Source: Eledone cirrhosa (Eukaryota). From it: 64,000 nucleotides of DNA. Positions 27,901-42,091 of this stretch are shown piece after piece (the stretch's first letter is position 1; each line of letters opens with the position of its first letter). Under the pieces are notes generated by a model. That model was not told where the DNA came from. It ran no database searches and worked only from the letters and a program-made list of their open reading frames with translations. Location of the stretch: assembly GCA_964016885.1 (NCBI GenBank), contig OZ024741.1:115444001-115508000 (forward strand). Direction: 5' to 3'. The position numbers and the translations under genes were made by a program.

Positions 27901-30900
27901 GAGGTGGGGGTTACATTTGTCATAGAATATACATATAACTCTGACTGAAAGATGTTCTTGAGGTGGGGGTTACATTTGTCATAGAATATACATATAATTC
28001 TGACTGAAAAATGTTCTTGAGGTGGGGGTTACATTTGTCATAGTATATAGATATAACTCTGATAGAAAGATGTTCTTGGGGTAGGGGTTACGTTTGTCAT
28101 AGAATATACATATAATTCTGACTGAAAGATGTTCTTGAGGTGGGGGTTACATTTGTCATAGGATATAGATATAACCTTGATTGAAAGATGTTCTTGAGGT
28201 GGGGTTACATTTGTCATAGAATATAGATATAACTCTGATTGAAAGATGTTCTTGAGGTGGGGGTTACATTTGTCATAGAATATAGATATAACTCTGATTG
28301 AAAGATGTTCTTGAGGTGGGGGTTACATTTGTCATAGAATATAGATATAACTCTGATTGAAAGATGTTCTTGAGGTGGAGGTTATGTTTGTCATAGAATA
28401 TAGATATAACTCTGATTGAAAGATATTCTTGAGGTGGAGGTTACAGTTGTCATAGAATATAGATATAACTCTGATTGAAAGATGTGGTTGAGGTGGGGGT
28501 TACATTTGTCATAGAATATAGATATAATTCTGACTGAAAGATGTTCTTGAGGTGGGGTTACATTTGTCATAGGATATAGATATAACTCAGACTAAAAGAT
28601 GATCTTGAGGTAGGGGTTACATTTGTTATAGAATATAGATATAACTCTGATTGAAAGATGTTCTTGAGGTGGGGGTTACATTTGTCATAGAATATAGATA
28701 TAACTCTGATAGAAAGATGTTCTTGAGGTGGGGGTTACATCTGTCACAGAATATAGATATAACTCTGATTGAAAGATGTTCTTGATGTGGAGGTTACATT
28801 TGTCATAGAATATAGATATAACTCTGATTGAAAGATGTTCTGGAGGTGGGGTTACATTTGTCATAGAATATAGATATAACTCAGACTAAAAGATTTTGTT
28901 GAGGTAGGGTTACATTTGTCATGGAATATAGATATAACTCAGACTAAAAGATTATCTTGAGGTGGGGGTTACATTTGTCATAGAATATAGATATAACTCT
29001 GATTGAAAGATGTTCTTGAGGTGAGGTTTACATTTGTCATAGAATATAGATATAACTCTGATTGAAAGATGTTCTTGAGGTGGAGGTTACATTTGTCATA
29101 GAATATAGATATAACTCTGGTTGAAAGATGTGGTTGAGGTGGGGGTTACATTTGTCATAGAGTATAGATATAATCTCTGATAGAAATATGTTCTTGGGGT
29201 AGGGGTTACATTTGTCATAGAATATACATATAATTCTGACTGAAAGATGTTCTTGAGGTGGGGGTTACATTTGTCATAGAATATACATATAATTCTGACT
29301 GAAAAATGTTCTTGAGGTGGGGGTTACATTTGTCATAGAATATAGATATAACTCTGATAGAAAGATGTTCTTGGGGTAGGGGTTACGTTTGTCATAGAAT
29401 ATACATATAATTCTGACTGAAAGATGTTCTTGAGGTGGGGGTTACATTTGTCATAGGATATAGATATAACCTTGATTGAAAGATGTTCTTGAGGTGGGGT
29501 TACATTTGTCATAGAATATAGATATAACTCTGATTGAAAGATGTTCTTGAGGTGGGGGTTACATTTGTCATAGAATATAGATATAACTCTGATTGAAAGA
29601 TGTTCTTGAGGTGGGGGTTACATTTGTCATAGAATATAGATATAACTCTGATTGAAAGATGTTCTTGATGTGGAGGTTACGTTTGTCCTAGAATATAGAT
29701 ATAACTCTGATTGAAAGATGTTCTTGAGGTGGATGTTACATTTGTCATAGAATATAGATATAACTCTGATTGAAAGATGTGGTTGAGGTGTTGGTTACAT
29801 TTGTCATAGAGTATAGATATAACTCTGACTGAAAGATGTTCTTGAGGTGGGGGTTACATTTGTCATAGGATATAGATATAACTCAGACTAAAAGATGATC
29901 TTGAGGTAGGGGTTACATTTGTTATAGAATATAGATATAACTCTGATTGAAAGATGTTCTTGAGGTGGGGGTTACATCTGTCACAGAATATAGATATAAC
30001 TCTGATTGAAAGATGTTCTTGATGTGGAGGTTACATTTGTCATAGAATATAGATATAACTCTGATTGAAAGATGTTCTGGAGGTGGGGTTACATTTGTCA
30101 TAGAATATAGATATAACTCAGACTAAAAGATTTTGTTGAGGTAGGGGTTACATTTGTCATGGAATATAGATATAACTCAGACTAAAAGATTATCTTGAGG
30201 TGGGGGTTACATTTGTCATAGAATATAGATATACCTCTGAGTGAAAGATGTTCTTGAGGTGGGGGTTACATTTTTCATAGAATATAGATATAACTCTGAT
30301 AGAAAGATGTTCTTGGGGTAGGGGTTACATTTGTCATAGAATATACATATAATTCTGACTGAAAGACGTTCTTGAGGTGGGGGTTACATTTGTCATAGGA
30401 TATAGATATAACCTTGATTGAAAGATGTTCTTGAGGTGTAGTTACATTTGTCATAGAATATAGATATAACTCTGATTGAAAGATGTTCTTGAGGTGGGGG
30501 TTATATTTGTCATAGAATATAGATATAACTCTGATTGAAAGATGTTCTTGAGGTGGGGGTTACATTTGTCATAGAATATAGATATAACTCTGACTGAAAG
30601 ACGTTCTTGAGGTGGGGGTTACATTTGTCATAGGATATAGATATAACCTTGATTGAAAGATGTTCTTGAGGTGTAGTTACATTTGTCATAGAATATAGAT
30701 ATAACTCTGATTGAAAGATGTTCTTGAGGTGGGGGTTATATTTGTCATAGAATATAGATATAACTCTGATTGAAAGATGTTCTTGAGGTGGGGGTTACAT
30801 TTGTCATAGAATATAGATATAACTCTGAATGCAAGATATTCTTAGGTAGGGGTTACATTTGTCATAGAATATAGATATAACTCTGATTGAAAGATTTTGT

Positions 30901-32160
30901 TGAGGTAGGGGTTAAATTTGTCATAGAATATAGATATAACTATGATTGAAAGATGTTCTTGAGGTAGAGGTTACATTTGTCATAGAATATAGATATAACT
31001 CTGATTGAAAGATGTGGTTGAGGTAGGGGTTACATTTGTCATAGAATATAGATATAACACTGATTGAAAGATGTTCTTGGGGTTGGGGGGGGGGGTTACA
31101 TTTGTCATAGAATATAGATATAACTCTGATTGAAAGATGTTCCTGAGTTGGGGTTACATTTGTCAAAGAATATAGATATAACTCTGATTGAAAGATGTTC
31201 TTGAGGTAGGGTTACGTTTGTCATAGATTATAGATATAACACTGATTGAAAGATTTTGTTGATGTAGGGGTTTCATTTGTCATAGAATATAGATATAACT
31301 CTGACTGACAGATATTATTGAGGTAGGGGTTACATTTGTCATAGAATATTGATATAACTCTGTCTGAATGATGGTCTTGAGATGGGGGTTACATTTGTCA
31401 TAGAATATAGATATAACTCAGATTGAAAGATGTTCTTGAGATGGGGGGGGGGGTTACATTTGTCATAGAATATAGATATAACTCTGATTGAAAGATGTTC
31501 TTGGGGTGGGGGTTACATTTGTCATAGAATATAGATATAACTCTGATTGAAAGATGTCCTTGGGGTTGGGGTGGTTACATTTGTCATAGAATATAGATAT
31601 AACTCTGAGTGAAAGATGTTCTTGAGGTGGATGTTACATTTGTCATAGAATATAGATATAACTCTGATTGAAAGATATTCTTGAGGTAGGGGTTACATTT
31701 GTCATAGAGTATAGATATAACTCTGATTGAAAGATATTCTTGAGGTAGGGGTTACAATTGTCATAGAATATAGATATAACTCTGATTGAAAGATATTCTT
31801 GATGTAGGGGTTACATTTGTCATAGAATATAGATATAACTCTGATTGAAAGATTTTGTTGAGGTAGGGGTTACATTTGTCATAGAATATAGATATAACTC
31901 TGATTGAAAGATATTCTTGATGAAGGGGTTACATTTGTCATAGAATATAGATATAACTATGATTGAAAGATGTTCTGGAGGTGGGGTTACATTTGTCATA
32001 GAATATTGATATAACACTGATTGAAAGATTTTGTTGATGTAGGGGTTAAGTTTGTCATGGAATATAGATATAATCTGACTGAAAGATGTTCTTGAGGTAG
32101 GGTTACGTTTGTCATAGAATATAGATATAACACTGATTGAAAGATTTTGTTGAGGTAGGG
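24949..32160 (+). repeat. HOR copy 4, 7,212 bp, more diverged and mosaic
   Basis: ORF offsets 24608->31820 and 25369->32581 are both 7,212. Monomer order is largely conserved, with a deletion junction near 26045 and an extra block at about 31160-31520. Confidence 0.85.
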
Positions 32161-33350
32161 GTTACAATTGTCATAGAATATAGATATAACTCTGATTGAA
32201 AGATATTCTTGAGGTAGGGGTTACATTTGTTATAGAATAGAGATATAACTCTGTTTGAAAGATGTTCTTGAGCTGGGGTTACATTTGTCATAGGATATAG
32301 ATATCACCCTGATGGAAAGATTTTGTAGAGGTGGGGTTACATTTGTCATAGAATATAGATATAACTCTGTTTGAAAGATGTTCTTGTGATGGGGGTTACA
32401 TTTGTCATAGAATATAGATATAACTCTGTTTGAACGATGTTCTTGTGGTGGGGGTTACATTGTCATAGAATATAGATATAACTCTGATAGAAAGATGTTC
32501 TTGAGGTGGGGGTTACATTTGTCATAGAATATAGATATAACTCTGATGGAAAGATGTTTTCTAGGTAGGGGTTACATTTGTCATAGAATATAGACATAAC
32601 ACTGATTGAAAGATTTTGTTGATGTAGGGGTTACGTTTGTCATAGAATATAGATATAATCTGACTGAAAGATGTTCTTGAGGTAGGGTTACGTTTGTCAT
32701 AGAATATAGATATAACACTGATCGAAAGATATTCTTGAGATGGGGGTTACATTTGTCATGGAATATAGATATAACTCTTATTGAAAGATTATCTTGAGGT
32801 AGGGGTAACATTTGTCATAGAATATAGATATATCTCTGATTGAAAGATGAGCTTGAGGTAGGGGTTACATTTGTCATAGAATATAGATATAACTCTGATG
32901 GAAAGATGTTTTCTAGGTAGGGGTTACATTTGTCATAGAATATAGACATAACCCTGATCGAAAGATGTTCTTGAGATGGGGGTTACATTTGTCACGGAAT
33001 ATAGATATAACTCTTATTGAAAGATTATATTGAGGTAGGGGTAACATTTGTCATAGAATATAGATATAACTCTGAGTGAAAGATGTGCTTGAGGTGGGGG
33101 GGGGGGGGGGGGGTTACATTTGTCATAGAATATAGATATAACTCTGATTGAAAGATATTCTAGATGTAAGGGTTACATTTGTCATAGAATATAGATATAA
33201 CTCTGATTGAAAGATTTTGTTGAGGTGGGGGTTACATTTGTCATAGAAAATAGATATATCTCTGATTGAAAGATGTACTTGAAGGAGGGGTTACATTTGT
33301 CATAGAATATTGACATAACCCTGATTGAAAGATGTTCTTGAGGTGGGGGT
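32161..33350 (+). repeat. Partial HOR copy 5 (start of unit), sharing diagnostic variants with copy 4
   Basis: TTCTTGTGATGG, TGAACGATG, TTACATTGTC (1-nt deletion) and GAAAATAGAT are shared with 25150-25980. The right boundary is approximate. Confidence 0.75.
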
Positions 33351-36300
33351 TACATTTGTCATAGAATATAGATATAACTCTGAATGCAAGATATTCTTAG
33401 GTAGGGGTTACATTTGTCATAGAATATAGATATAATTCTGATTGAAAGATTTTGTTGAGGTAGGGGTTACATTTGTCATAGAATATAGATATAACTATGA
33501 TTGAAAGATTTTGTTGAGGTAGGGGTTACATTTGTCATAGAATATAGATATAACTCTGATTGAAAGATGTGGTTGAGGTAGGGGTTACATTTGTCATAGA
33601 ATATAGATATAACACTGATTGAAAGATTTTGTTGATGTAGGGGTTTCATTTGTCATAGAATATAGATATAACTCTAACTGAAAGATATTATTGAGGTAGG
33701 GGTTACATTTGTCATAGAATATTGATATAACTCTGTTTGAATGATGGTCTTGAGATGGGGGTTACATTTGTCATAGAATATAGATATATCTCTGATTGAA
33801 AGATGTACTTGAAGTAGGGTTACATTTGTCATAGAATATAGATATAACTCTGATTGAAAGATGTCCTTGGGGTTGGGGTGGTTACATTTGTCATAGAATA
33901 TAGATATAACTCTGAGTGAAAGATGTTCTTGAGGTGGGGGTTACATTTGTCATAGAATATAGATATAACTCTGATTGAAAAATTTTGTTGAGGTAGGGGT
34001 TACATTTGTTATAGAATATACATATAATTCTTATTGAAAGATGTTGTTGAGGTAGGGGTTACATTTGTCATAGAATATAGATATTACTATGATTGAAAGA
34101 TGTTCTTGAGGTAGGGGTTACATTTGTCATAGAATATAGATATAACACTGATTGAAAGAGGTTCTTGAGATGGGGGTTACATTTGACATAGAATATAGAT
34201 ATAACACAGAATGAAAGATGATCTTGACGTAGGGTTACATTTGTCATAGAATATAGATATAACCCAGAATGAAAGATGATCTTGAGTTAGGGGTTACATT
34301 TGTCATAGAATATAGATATAACTCTGACTGAAAGATATTATTGAGGTAGGGGTTACAATTGTCATAGAGTATAGATATAACTCTGATTGAAAGCTATTCT
34401 TGAGGTAGGGGTTACATTTGTTATAGAATTGAGATATAACTCTGTTTGAAAGATGTTCTTTAGATGGGGATACATATGTCATAGAATATAGATATAACTC
34501 AGATTGAAAGATGATCTTGAGGTGGGGGTTACATTTGTCATAGAATATACATATAACTCTGATTGAAAGATATTCTTGAGGTAGCGGTTACATTTGTCAT
34601 AGAATATAGATATAACTCTGATAGAAAGATGTTATTGAGGTGGGGGTTACATTTGTCATAGAATATAGATATATCTCTGATTGAAAGATGAGCTGGAGGT
34701 AGGGGTTACATTTGTCATAGAATATAGATATAACTCTGATGGAAAGATGTTTTCTAGGTAGGGGTTACATTTGTCATAGAATATAGACATAACACTGATC
34801 GAAAGATGTTCTTGAGATGGGGGTTACATTTGTCATGGAATATAGATATAACTCTTATTGAAAGATTATCTTGAGGTAGGGGTAACATTTGTCATAGAAT
34901 ATAGATATAACTCTGAGTGAAAGATGTGCTTGGGGTGGGGGGGGGTTACATTTGTCATCGAATATAGATATAACTCTGAGTGAAAGATGTGCTTGAAGTG
35001 GGGGGGGGGTTACATTTGTCATAGAATATAGATATAACTCTGATTGAAAGATTTTGTTGAGGTGGGGGTTACATTTGTCATAGAATATAGATATAACTCT
35101 GATAGAAAGATGTTCTTGATGTGGCGGTTACATTTGTCATAGAATATAGATATAACTCTGATTGAAAGATGTTCTTGAGGTGGAGGTTACATTTGTCATA
35201 GAATATAGATATAACTCTGATTGAAAGATGTTCTTGAGGTGGGGGTTACATTTGTCATAGAATATAGATATAACTCTGATTGAAAGATGTTCTTGAGGTG
35301 GTGGTTACATTTGTCATAGTATATAGATATAACTCTGACTGAAAGATGTTCTTGAGGTGGAGGTTACATTTGTCATAGAATATAGATATAACTCTGATTG
35401 AAAGATGTTCTTGAGGAGGGGGTTACATTTGTCATAGAATATAGATATAACTCTGATGGAAAGATGTTTTCTAGGTAGGGGTTACATTTGTCATAGAATA
35501 TAGACATAACCCTGATCGAAAGATGTTCTTGAGATGGGGGTTACATTTGTCATGGAATATAGATATAACTCTTATTGAAAGATTATATTGAGGTAGGGGT
35601 AACATTTGTCATAGAATATAGATATAACTCTGAGTGAAAGATGTGCTTGAGGTGGGGGGGGGGGGTTACATTTGTCATAGAATATAGATATAACTCTGAT
35701 TGAAAGATATTCTAGATGTAAGGGTTACATTTGTCATAGAATATAGATATAACTCTGATTGAAAGATTTTGTTGAGGTGGGGGTTACATTTGTCATAGAA
35801 AATAGATATATCTCTGATTGAAAGATGTACTTGAAGGAGGGGTTACATTTGTCATAGAATATAGACATAACCCTGATTGAAAGATGTTCTTGAGGTGGGG
35901 GTTACATTTGTCATAGAATATAGATATAACTCTGAATGCAAGATATTCTTAGGTAGGTGTTACATTTGACATAGAATATAGATATAATTCTGATTGAAAG
36001 ATTTTGTTGAGGTAGGGGTTACATTTGTCATAGAATATAGATATAACTATGATTGAAAGATTTTGTTGAGGTAGGGGTTACATTTGTCATAGAATATAGA
36101 TATAACTCTGATTGAAAGATGTGGTTGAGGTAGGGGTTACATTTGTCATAGAATATAGATATAACACTGATTGAAAGATTTTGTTGAGGTAGGGGTTATA
36201 TTTGTCATAGAATATAGATATAACACTGATTGAAAGATTTTGTTGATGTAGGGGTTTCATTTGTCATAGAATATAGATATAACTCTAACTGAAAGATATT

Positions 36301-37520
36301 ATTGAGGTAGGGGTTACATTTGTCATAGAATATTGATATAACTCTGTTTGAATGATGGTCTTGAGATGGGGGTTACATTTGTCATAGAATATAGATATAT
36401 CTCTGATTGAAAGATGTACTTGAAGTAGGGTTACATTTGTCATAGAATATAGATATAACTCTGATTGAAAGATGTCCTTGGGGTTGGGGTGGTTACATTT
36501 GTCATAGAATATAGATATAACTCTGAGTGAAAGATGTTCTTGAGGTGGGGGTTACATTTGTCATAGAATATAGATATAACTCTGATTGAAAAATTTTGTT
36601 GAGGTAGGGGTTACATTTGTTATAGAATATACATATAATTCTTATTGAAAGATGTTGTTGAGGTAGGGGTTACATTTGTCATAGAATATAGATATTACTA
36701 TGATTGAAAGATGTTCTTGAGGTAGGGGTTACATTTGTCATAGAATATAGATATAACACTGATTGAAAGAGGTTCTTGAGATGGGGGTTACATTTGACAT
36801 AGAATATAGATATAACACAGAATGAAAGATGATCTTGACGTAGGGTTACATTTGTCATAGAATATAGATATAACCCAGAATGAAAGATGATCTTGAGTTA
36901 GGGGTTACATTTGTCATAGAGTATAGATATAACTCTGATTGAAAGCTATTCTTGAGGTAGGGGTTACATTTGTTATAGAATTGAGATATAACTCTGTTTG
37001 AAAGATGTTCTTTAGATGGGGATACATATGTCATAGAATATAGATATAACTCAGATTGAAAGATGATCTTGAGGTGGGGGTTACATTTGTCATAGAATAT
37101 ACATATAACTCTGATTGAAAGATATTCTTGAGGTAGCGGTTACATTTGTCATAGAATATAGATATAACTCTGATAGAAAGATGTTATTGAGGTGGGGGTT
37201 ACATTTGTCATAGAATATAGATATATCTCTGATTGAAAGATGAGCTGGAGGTAGGGGTTACATTTGTCATAGAATATAGATATAACTCTGATGGAAAGAT
37301 GTTTTCTAGGTAGGGGTTACATTTGTCATAGAATATAGACATAACCCTGATCGAAAGATGTTCTTGAGATGGGGGTTACATTTGTCATGGAATATAGATA
37401 TAACTCTTATTGAAAGATTATCTTGAGGTAGGGGTAACATTTGTCATAGACTATAGATATAACTCTGAGTGAAAGATGTGCTTGGGGTGGGGGGGGGGGG
37501 GGGGTTTACATTTGTCATCG
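32880..37520 (+). repeat. Duplicated block, offset 2,552-2,611 bp (about 32880-34970 vs about 35440-37520)
   Basis: TCATAGAAAA at 33241/35793 (2,552), ACTCTAAC at 33671/36282 (2,611) and AAGCT at 34391/36943 (2,552). This indicates one monomer gained and then one lost. Confidence 0.8.
33096..33113 (+). repeat. G18 homopolymer at a monomer end (longest seen; G16 also at 361-376 and 37489-37504)
   Basis: Direct count from the sequence. Confidence 0.9.
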
Positions 37521-39969
37521 AATATAGATATCACTCTGATTGAAAGATATTCTAGATGTTAGGGTTACATCTGTCATAGAATATAGATATATCTCTGATT
37601 GAAAGATGTACTTGAAGTAGGGGTTACATTTGTCATAGAATATTGATATATCTCTGATTGAAAGATTTACTTGAAGTAGGGGTTACATTTGTCATAGAAT
37701 ATAGATATAACTCTGATGAAAGATTTTCTTGAGGTGGGGGTTACATTTGTCATAGAATATAGATATATCTCTGATTGAAAGATGTACTTGAAGGAGGGGT
37801 TACATTTGTCATAGAATATAGACATAACCATGATTGAAAGATGTTCTTGAGGTGGGGGTTACATTTGTCATAGAATATAGATATAACTCTGAATGCAAGA
37901 TATTCTTAGGTAGGGGTTACATTTGTCATAGAATATAGATATAACTATGATTGAAAGATTTTGTTGAGGTAGGCGTTACATTTGTCATAGAATATAGATA
38001 TAAGTCTGATTGAAAGATGTGGTTGAGGTAGGGGTTACATTTGTCATAGAATATAGATATAACACTGATTGAAAGATTTTGTTGAGGTAGGGGTTATATT
38101 TGTCATAGAATATAGATATAACTATGATTGAAAGATATTCCTGAGGTAAGGGTTACATTTGTCATAGAATAGAGATATAACGCTGATTTAAAGATTATCT
38201 TGAAGTAGGGGTTACATTTATCATAGGATATAGATATAACTCAGACTAAAAGATGATCTTGAGGTAGGGGTTACATTTGTTATAGAATATAGGTATAACT
38301 CTGATTGAAAGATGTTCTTGAGGTGGGGGTTACATTTGTCATAGAATATAGATATAACTCTGATAGAAAGATGTTCTTGATGTGGCGGTTACATTTGTCA
38401 TAGAATATAGATATAACTCTGATTGAAAGATGTTCTTGAGGTGGAGGTTATATTTGTCATAGAATATAGATATAACTCTGATTGAAAGATGTTCTTGAGG
38501 AGGGGGTTACATTTGTCATAGAATATAGATATAACTCTGATTGAAAGATGTTCTTGAGGTGGGGGTTACATTTGTCATAGAATATAGATATAACTCTGAT
38601 TGAAAGATGTTCTTGAGGTGGTGGTTACATTTGTCATAGTATATAGATATAACTCTGACTGAAAGATGTTCTTGAGGTGGGGGTTACATTTGTCATAGAA
38701 TATAGATATAACTCTGAGTGAAAGATGTTCTTGAGGTGGGGGTTACATTTTTCATAGAATATAGATATAACTCTGATAGAAAGATGTTCTTGGGGTAGGG
38801 GTTACATTTGTCATAGAATATACATATAACTCTGACTGAAAAATGTTCTTGAGGTGGGGGTTACATTTGTCTTAGAATATAGATATAACTCTGATAGAAA
38901 GATGTTCTTGGGGTAGGGGTTACGTTTGTCATAGAATATACATATAATTCTGACTGAAAGATGTTCTTGAGGTGGGGGTTACATTTGTCATAGGATATAG
39001 ATATAACCTTGATTGAAAGATGTTCTTGAGGTGGGGTTACATTTGTCATAGAATATAGATATAACTCTGATTGAAAGATGTTCTTGAGGTGGGGGTTACA
39101 TTTGTCATAGAATATAGATATAACTCTGATTGAAAGATGTTCTTGAGGTGGAGGTTACGTTTGTCATAGAATATAGATATAACTCTGATTGAAAAATGTT
39201 CTTGAGGTGGAGGTTACATTTGTCATAGAATATAGATATAACTCTGATTGAAAGATGTGGTTGAGGTGGGGGTTACATTTGTCATAGAGTATAGATATAA
39301 CTCTGACTGAAAGATGTTCTTGAGGTGGGGGTTACATTTGTCATAGAATATAGATATAACTCTGACTGAAAGATGTTCTTGAGGTGGGGGTTACATTTGT
39401 CATAGAATATAGATATAACTCTGATTGAAAGATGTGGTTGAGGTAGGGGTTACATTTGTCATAGAATATAGATATAACTATGATTGAAAGATATTCTTGA
39501 GGTAGGGGTTACATTTGTCATAGGATATAGATATAACTCAGACTAAAAGATGATCTTGAGGTAGGGGTTACATTTGTTATAGAATATAGATATAACTCTG
39601 ATTGAAAGATGTTCTTGAGGTGGGGGTTACATTTGTCATAGAATATAGATATAACTCTGATAGAAAGATGTTCTTGAGGTGGGGGTTACATCTGTCACAG
39701 AATATAGATATAACTCTGATTGAAAGATGTTCTTGATGTGGAGGTTACATTTTTTCATAGAATATAGATATAACTCTGATTGAAAGATGTTCTGGAGGTG
39801 GGGTTACATTTGTCATAGAATATAGATATAACTCAGAATAAAAGATGTTGTTGAGGTAGGGGTTACATTTGTCATGGAATATAGATATAACTCAGACTAA
39901 AAGATTATCTTGAGGTGGGGTTACATTTGTCATAGAATATAGATATAACTCTGATTGAAAGATGTTCTT

Positions 39970-42091
39970 GAGGTGAGGGTTACATTTGTCATAGAATATA
40001 GATATAACTCTGATTGAAAGATGTTCTTGAGGTGGAGGTTACATTTGTCATAGAATATAGATATAACTCTTGTTGAAAGATGTGGTTGAGGTGGGGGTTA
40101 CATTTGTCATAGAGTATAGATATAATCTCTGATAGAAATATGTTCTTGAGGTAGGGGTTACATTTGTCATAGAATATACATATAATTCTGACTGAAAGAT
40201 GTTCTTGAGGTGGGGGTTACATTTGTCATAGAATATAGATATACCTCTGAGTGAAAGATGTTCTTGAGGTGGGGGTTACATTTTTCATAGAATATAGATA
40301 TAACTCTGATTGAAAGATGTTCTTGAGGTGGGGGTTACATTTCTCATAGAATATAGATATAACTCTGATTGAAAGATGTTCTTGAGGTGGGGGTTACATT
40401 TGTCATAGGATATAGATATAACCTTGATTGAAAGATGTTCTTGAGGTGTAGTTACATTTGTCATAGAATATAGATATAACTCTGATTGAAAGATGTTCTT
40501 GAGGTGGGGGTTATATTTGTCATAGAATATAGATATAACTCTAATTGAAAGATGTTCTTGAGGTGGGGGTTACATTTGTCATAGAATATAGATATAACTC
40601 TGATTGAAAGATGTGGTTGAGGTAGGGGTTACATATGTCATAGAATATAGATATAACTCTGAATGCAAGATATTCTTAGGTAGGGGTTACATTTGTCATA
40701 GAATATAGATATAACTCTGATTGAAAGATTTTGTTGAGGTAGGGGTTACATTTGTCATAGAATATAGATATAACTATGATTGAAAGATGTTCTTGAGGTA
40801 GGGGTTACATTTGTCATAGAATATAGATATAACTCTGATTGAAAGATGTGGTTGAGGTAGGGGTTACATTTGTCATAGAATATAGATATAACACTGATTG
40901 AAAGATTATCTTGAAGTAGGGGTTAGATTTGTCATAGGATATAGATATAACTAAGACTAAAAGATGATCTTGAGGTAGGGGTTACATTTGTTATAGAATA
41001 TAGATATAACACTGATTGAAAGATTTTGTTGAGGTGAGGGTTACATTTGTCATAGAATATAGATATAACTCTGATTGAAAGATGTTCTTGAGGTGGAGGT
41101 TACATTTGTCATAGAATATAGATATAACTCTTGTTGAAAGATGTGGTTGAGGTGGGGGTTACATTTGTCATAGAGTATAGATATAATCTCTGATAGAAAT
41201 ATGTTCTTGAGGTAGGGGTTACATTTGTCATAGAATATACATATAATTCTGACTGAAAGATGTTCTTGAGGTGGGGGTTACATTTGTCATAGAATATAGA
41301 TATAACTCTGAGTGAAAGATGTTCTTGAGGTGGGGGTTACATTTTTCATAGAATATAGATATAACTCTGATTGAAAGATGTTCTTGAGGTGGGGGTTACA
41401 TTTCTCATAGAATATAGATATAACTCTGATTGAAAGATGTTCTTGAGGTGGGGGTTACATTTGTCATAGGATATAGATATAACCTTGATTGAAAGATGTT
41501 CTTGAGGTGTAGTTACATTTGTCATAGAATATAGATATAACTCTGATTGAAAGATGTTCTTGAGGTGGGGGTTATATTTGTCATAGAATATAGATATAAC
41601 TCTAATTGAAAGATGTTCTTGAGGTGGGGGTTACATTTGTCATAGAATATAGATATAACTCTGATTGAAAGATGTGGTTGAGGTAGGGGTTACATATGTC
41701 ATAGAATATAGATATAACTCTGAATGCAAGATATTCTTAGGTAGGGGTTACATTTGTCATAGAATATAGATATAACTCTGATTGAAAGATTTTGTTGAGG
41801 TAGGGGTTACATTTGTCATAGAATATAGATATAACTATGATTGAAAGATGTTCTTGAGGTAGGGGTTACATTTGTCATAGAATATAGATATAACTCTGAT
41901 TGAAAGATGTGGTTGAGGTAGGGGTTACATTTGTCATAGAATATAGATATAACACTGATTGAAAGATTATCTTGAAGTAGGGGTTAGATTTGTCATAGGA
42001 TATAGATATAACTAAGACTAAAAGATGATCTTGAGGTAGGGGTTACATTTGTTATAGAATATAGATATAACACTGATTGAAAGATTTTGTT
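39970..42091 (+). repeat. Near-perfect tandem duplication of an 18-monomer block (1,061 bp x 2)
   Basis: AGGTGAGGG at 39971/41032 and CTCTTGTTG at about 40067/41128. TTCTCATAG, TCTAATTG and TTAGATTT...CTAAGAC are all repeated at +1,061. Confidence 0.88.
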
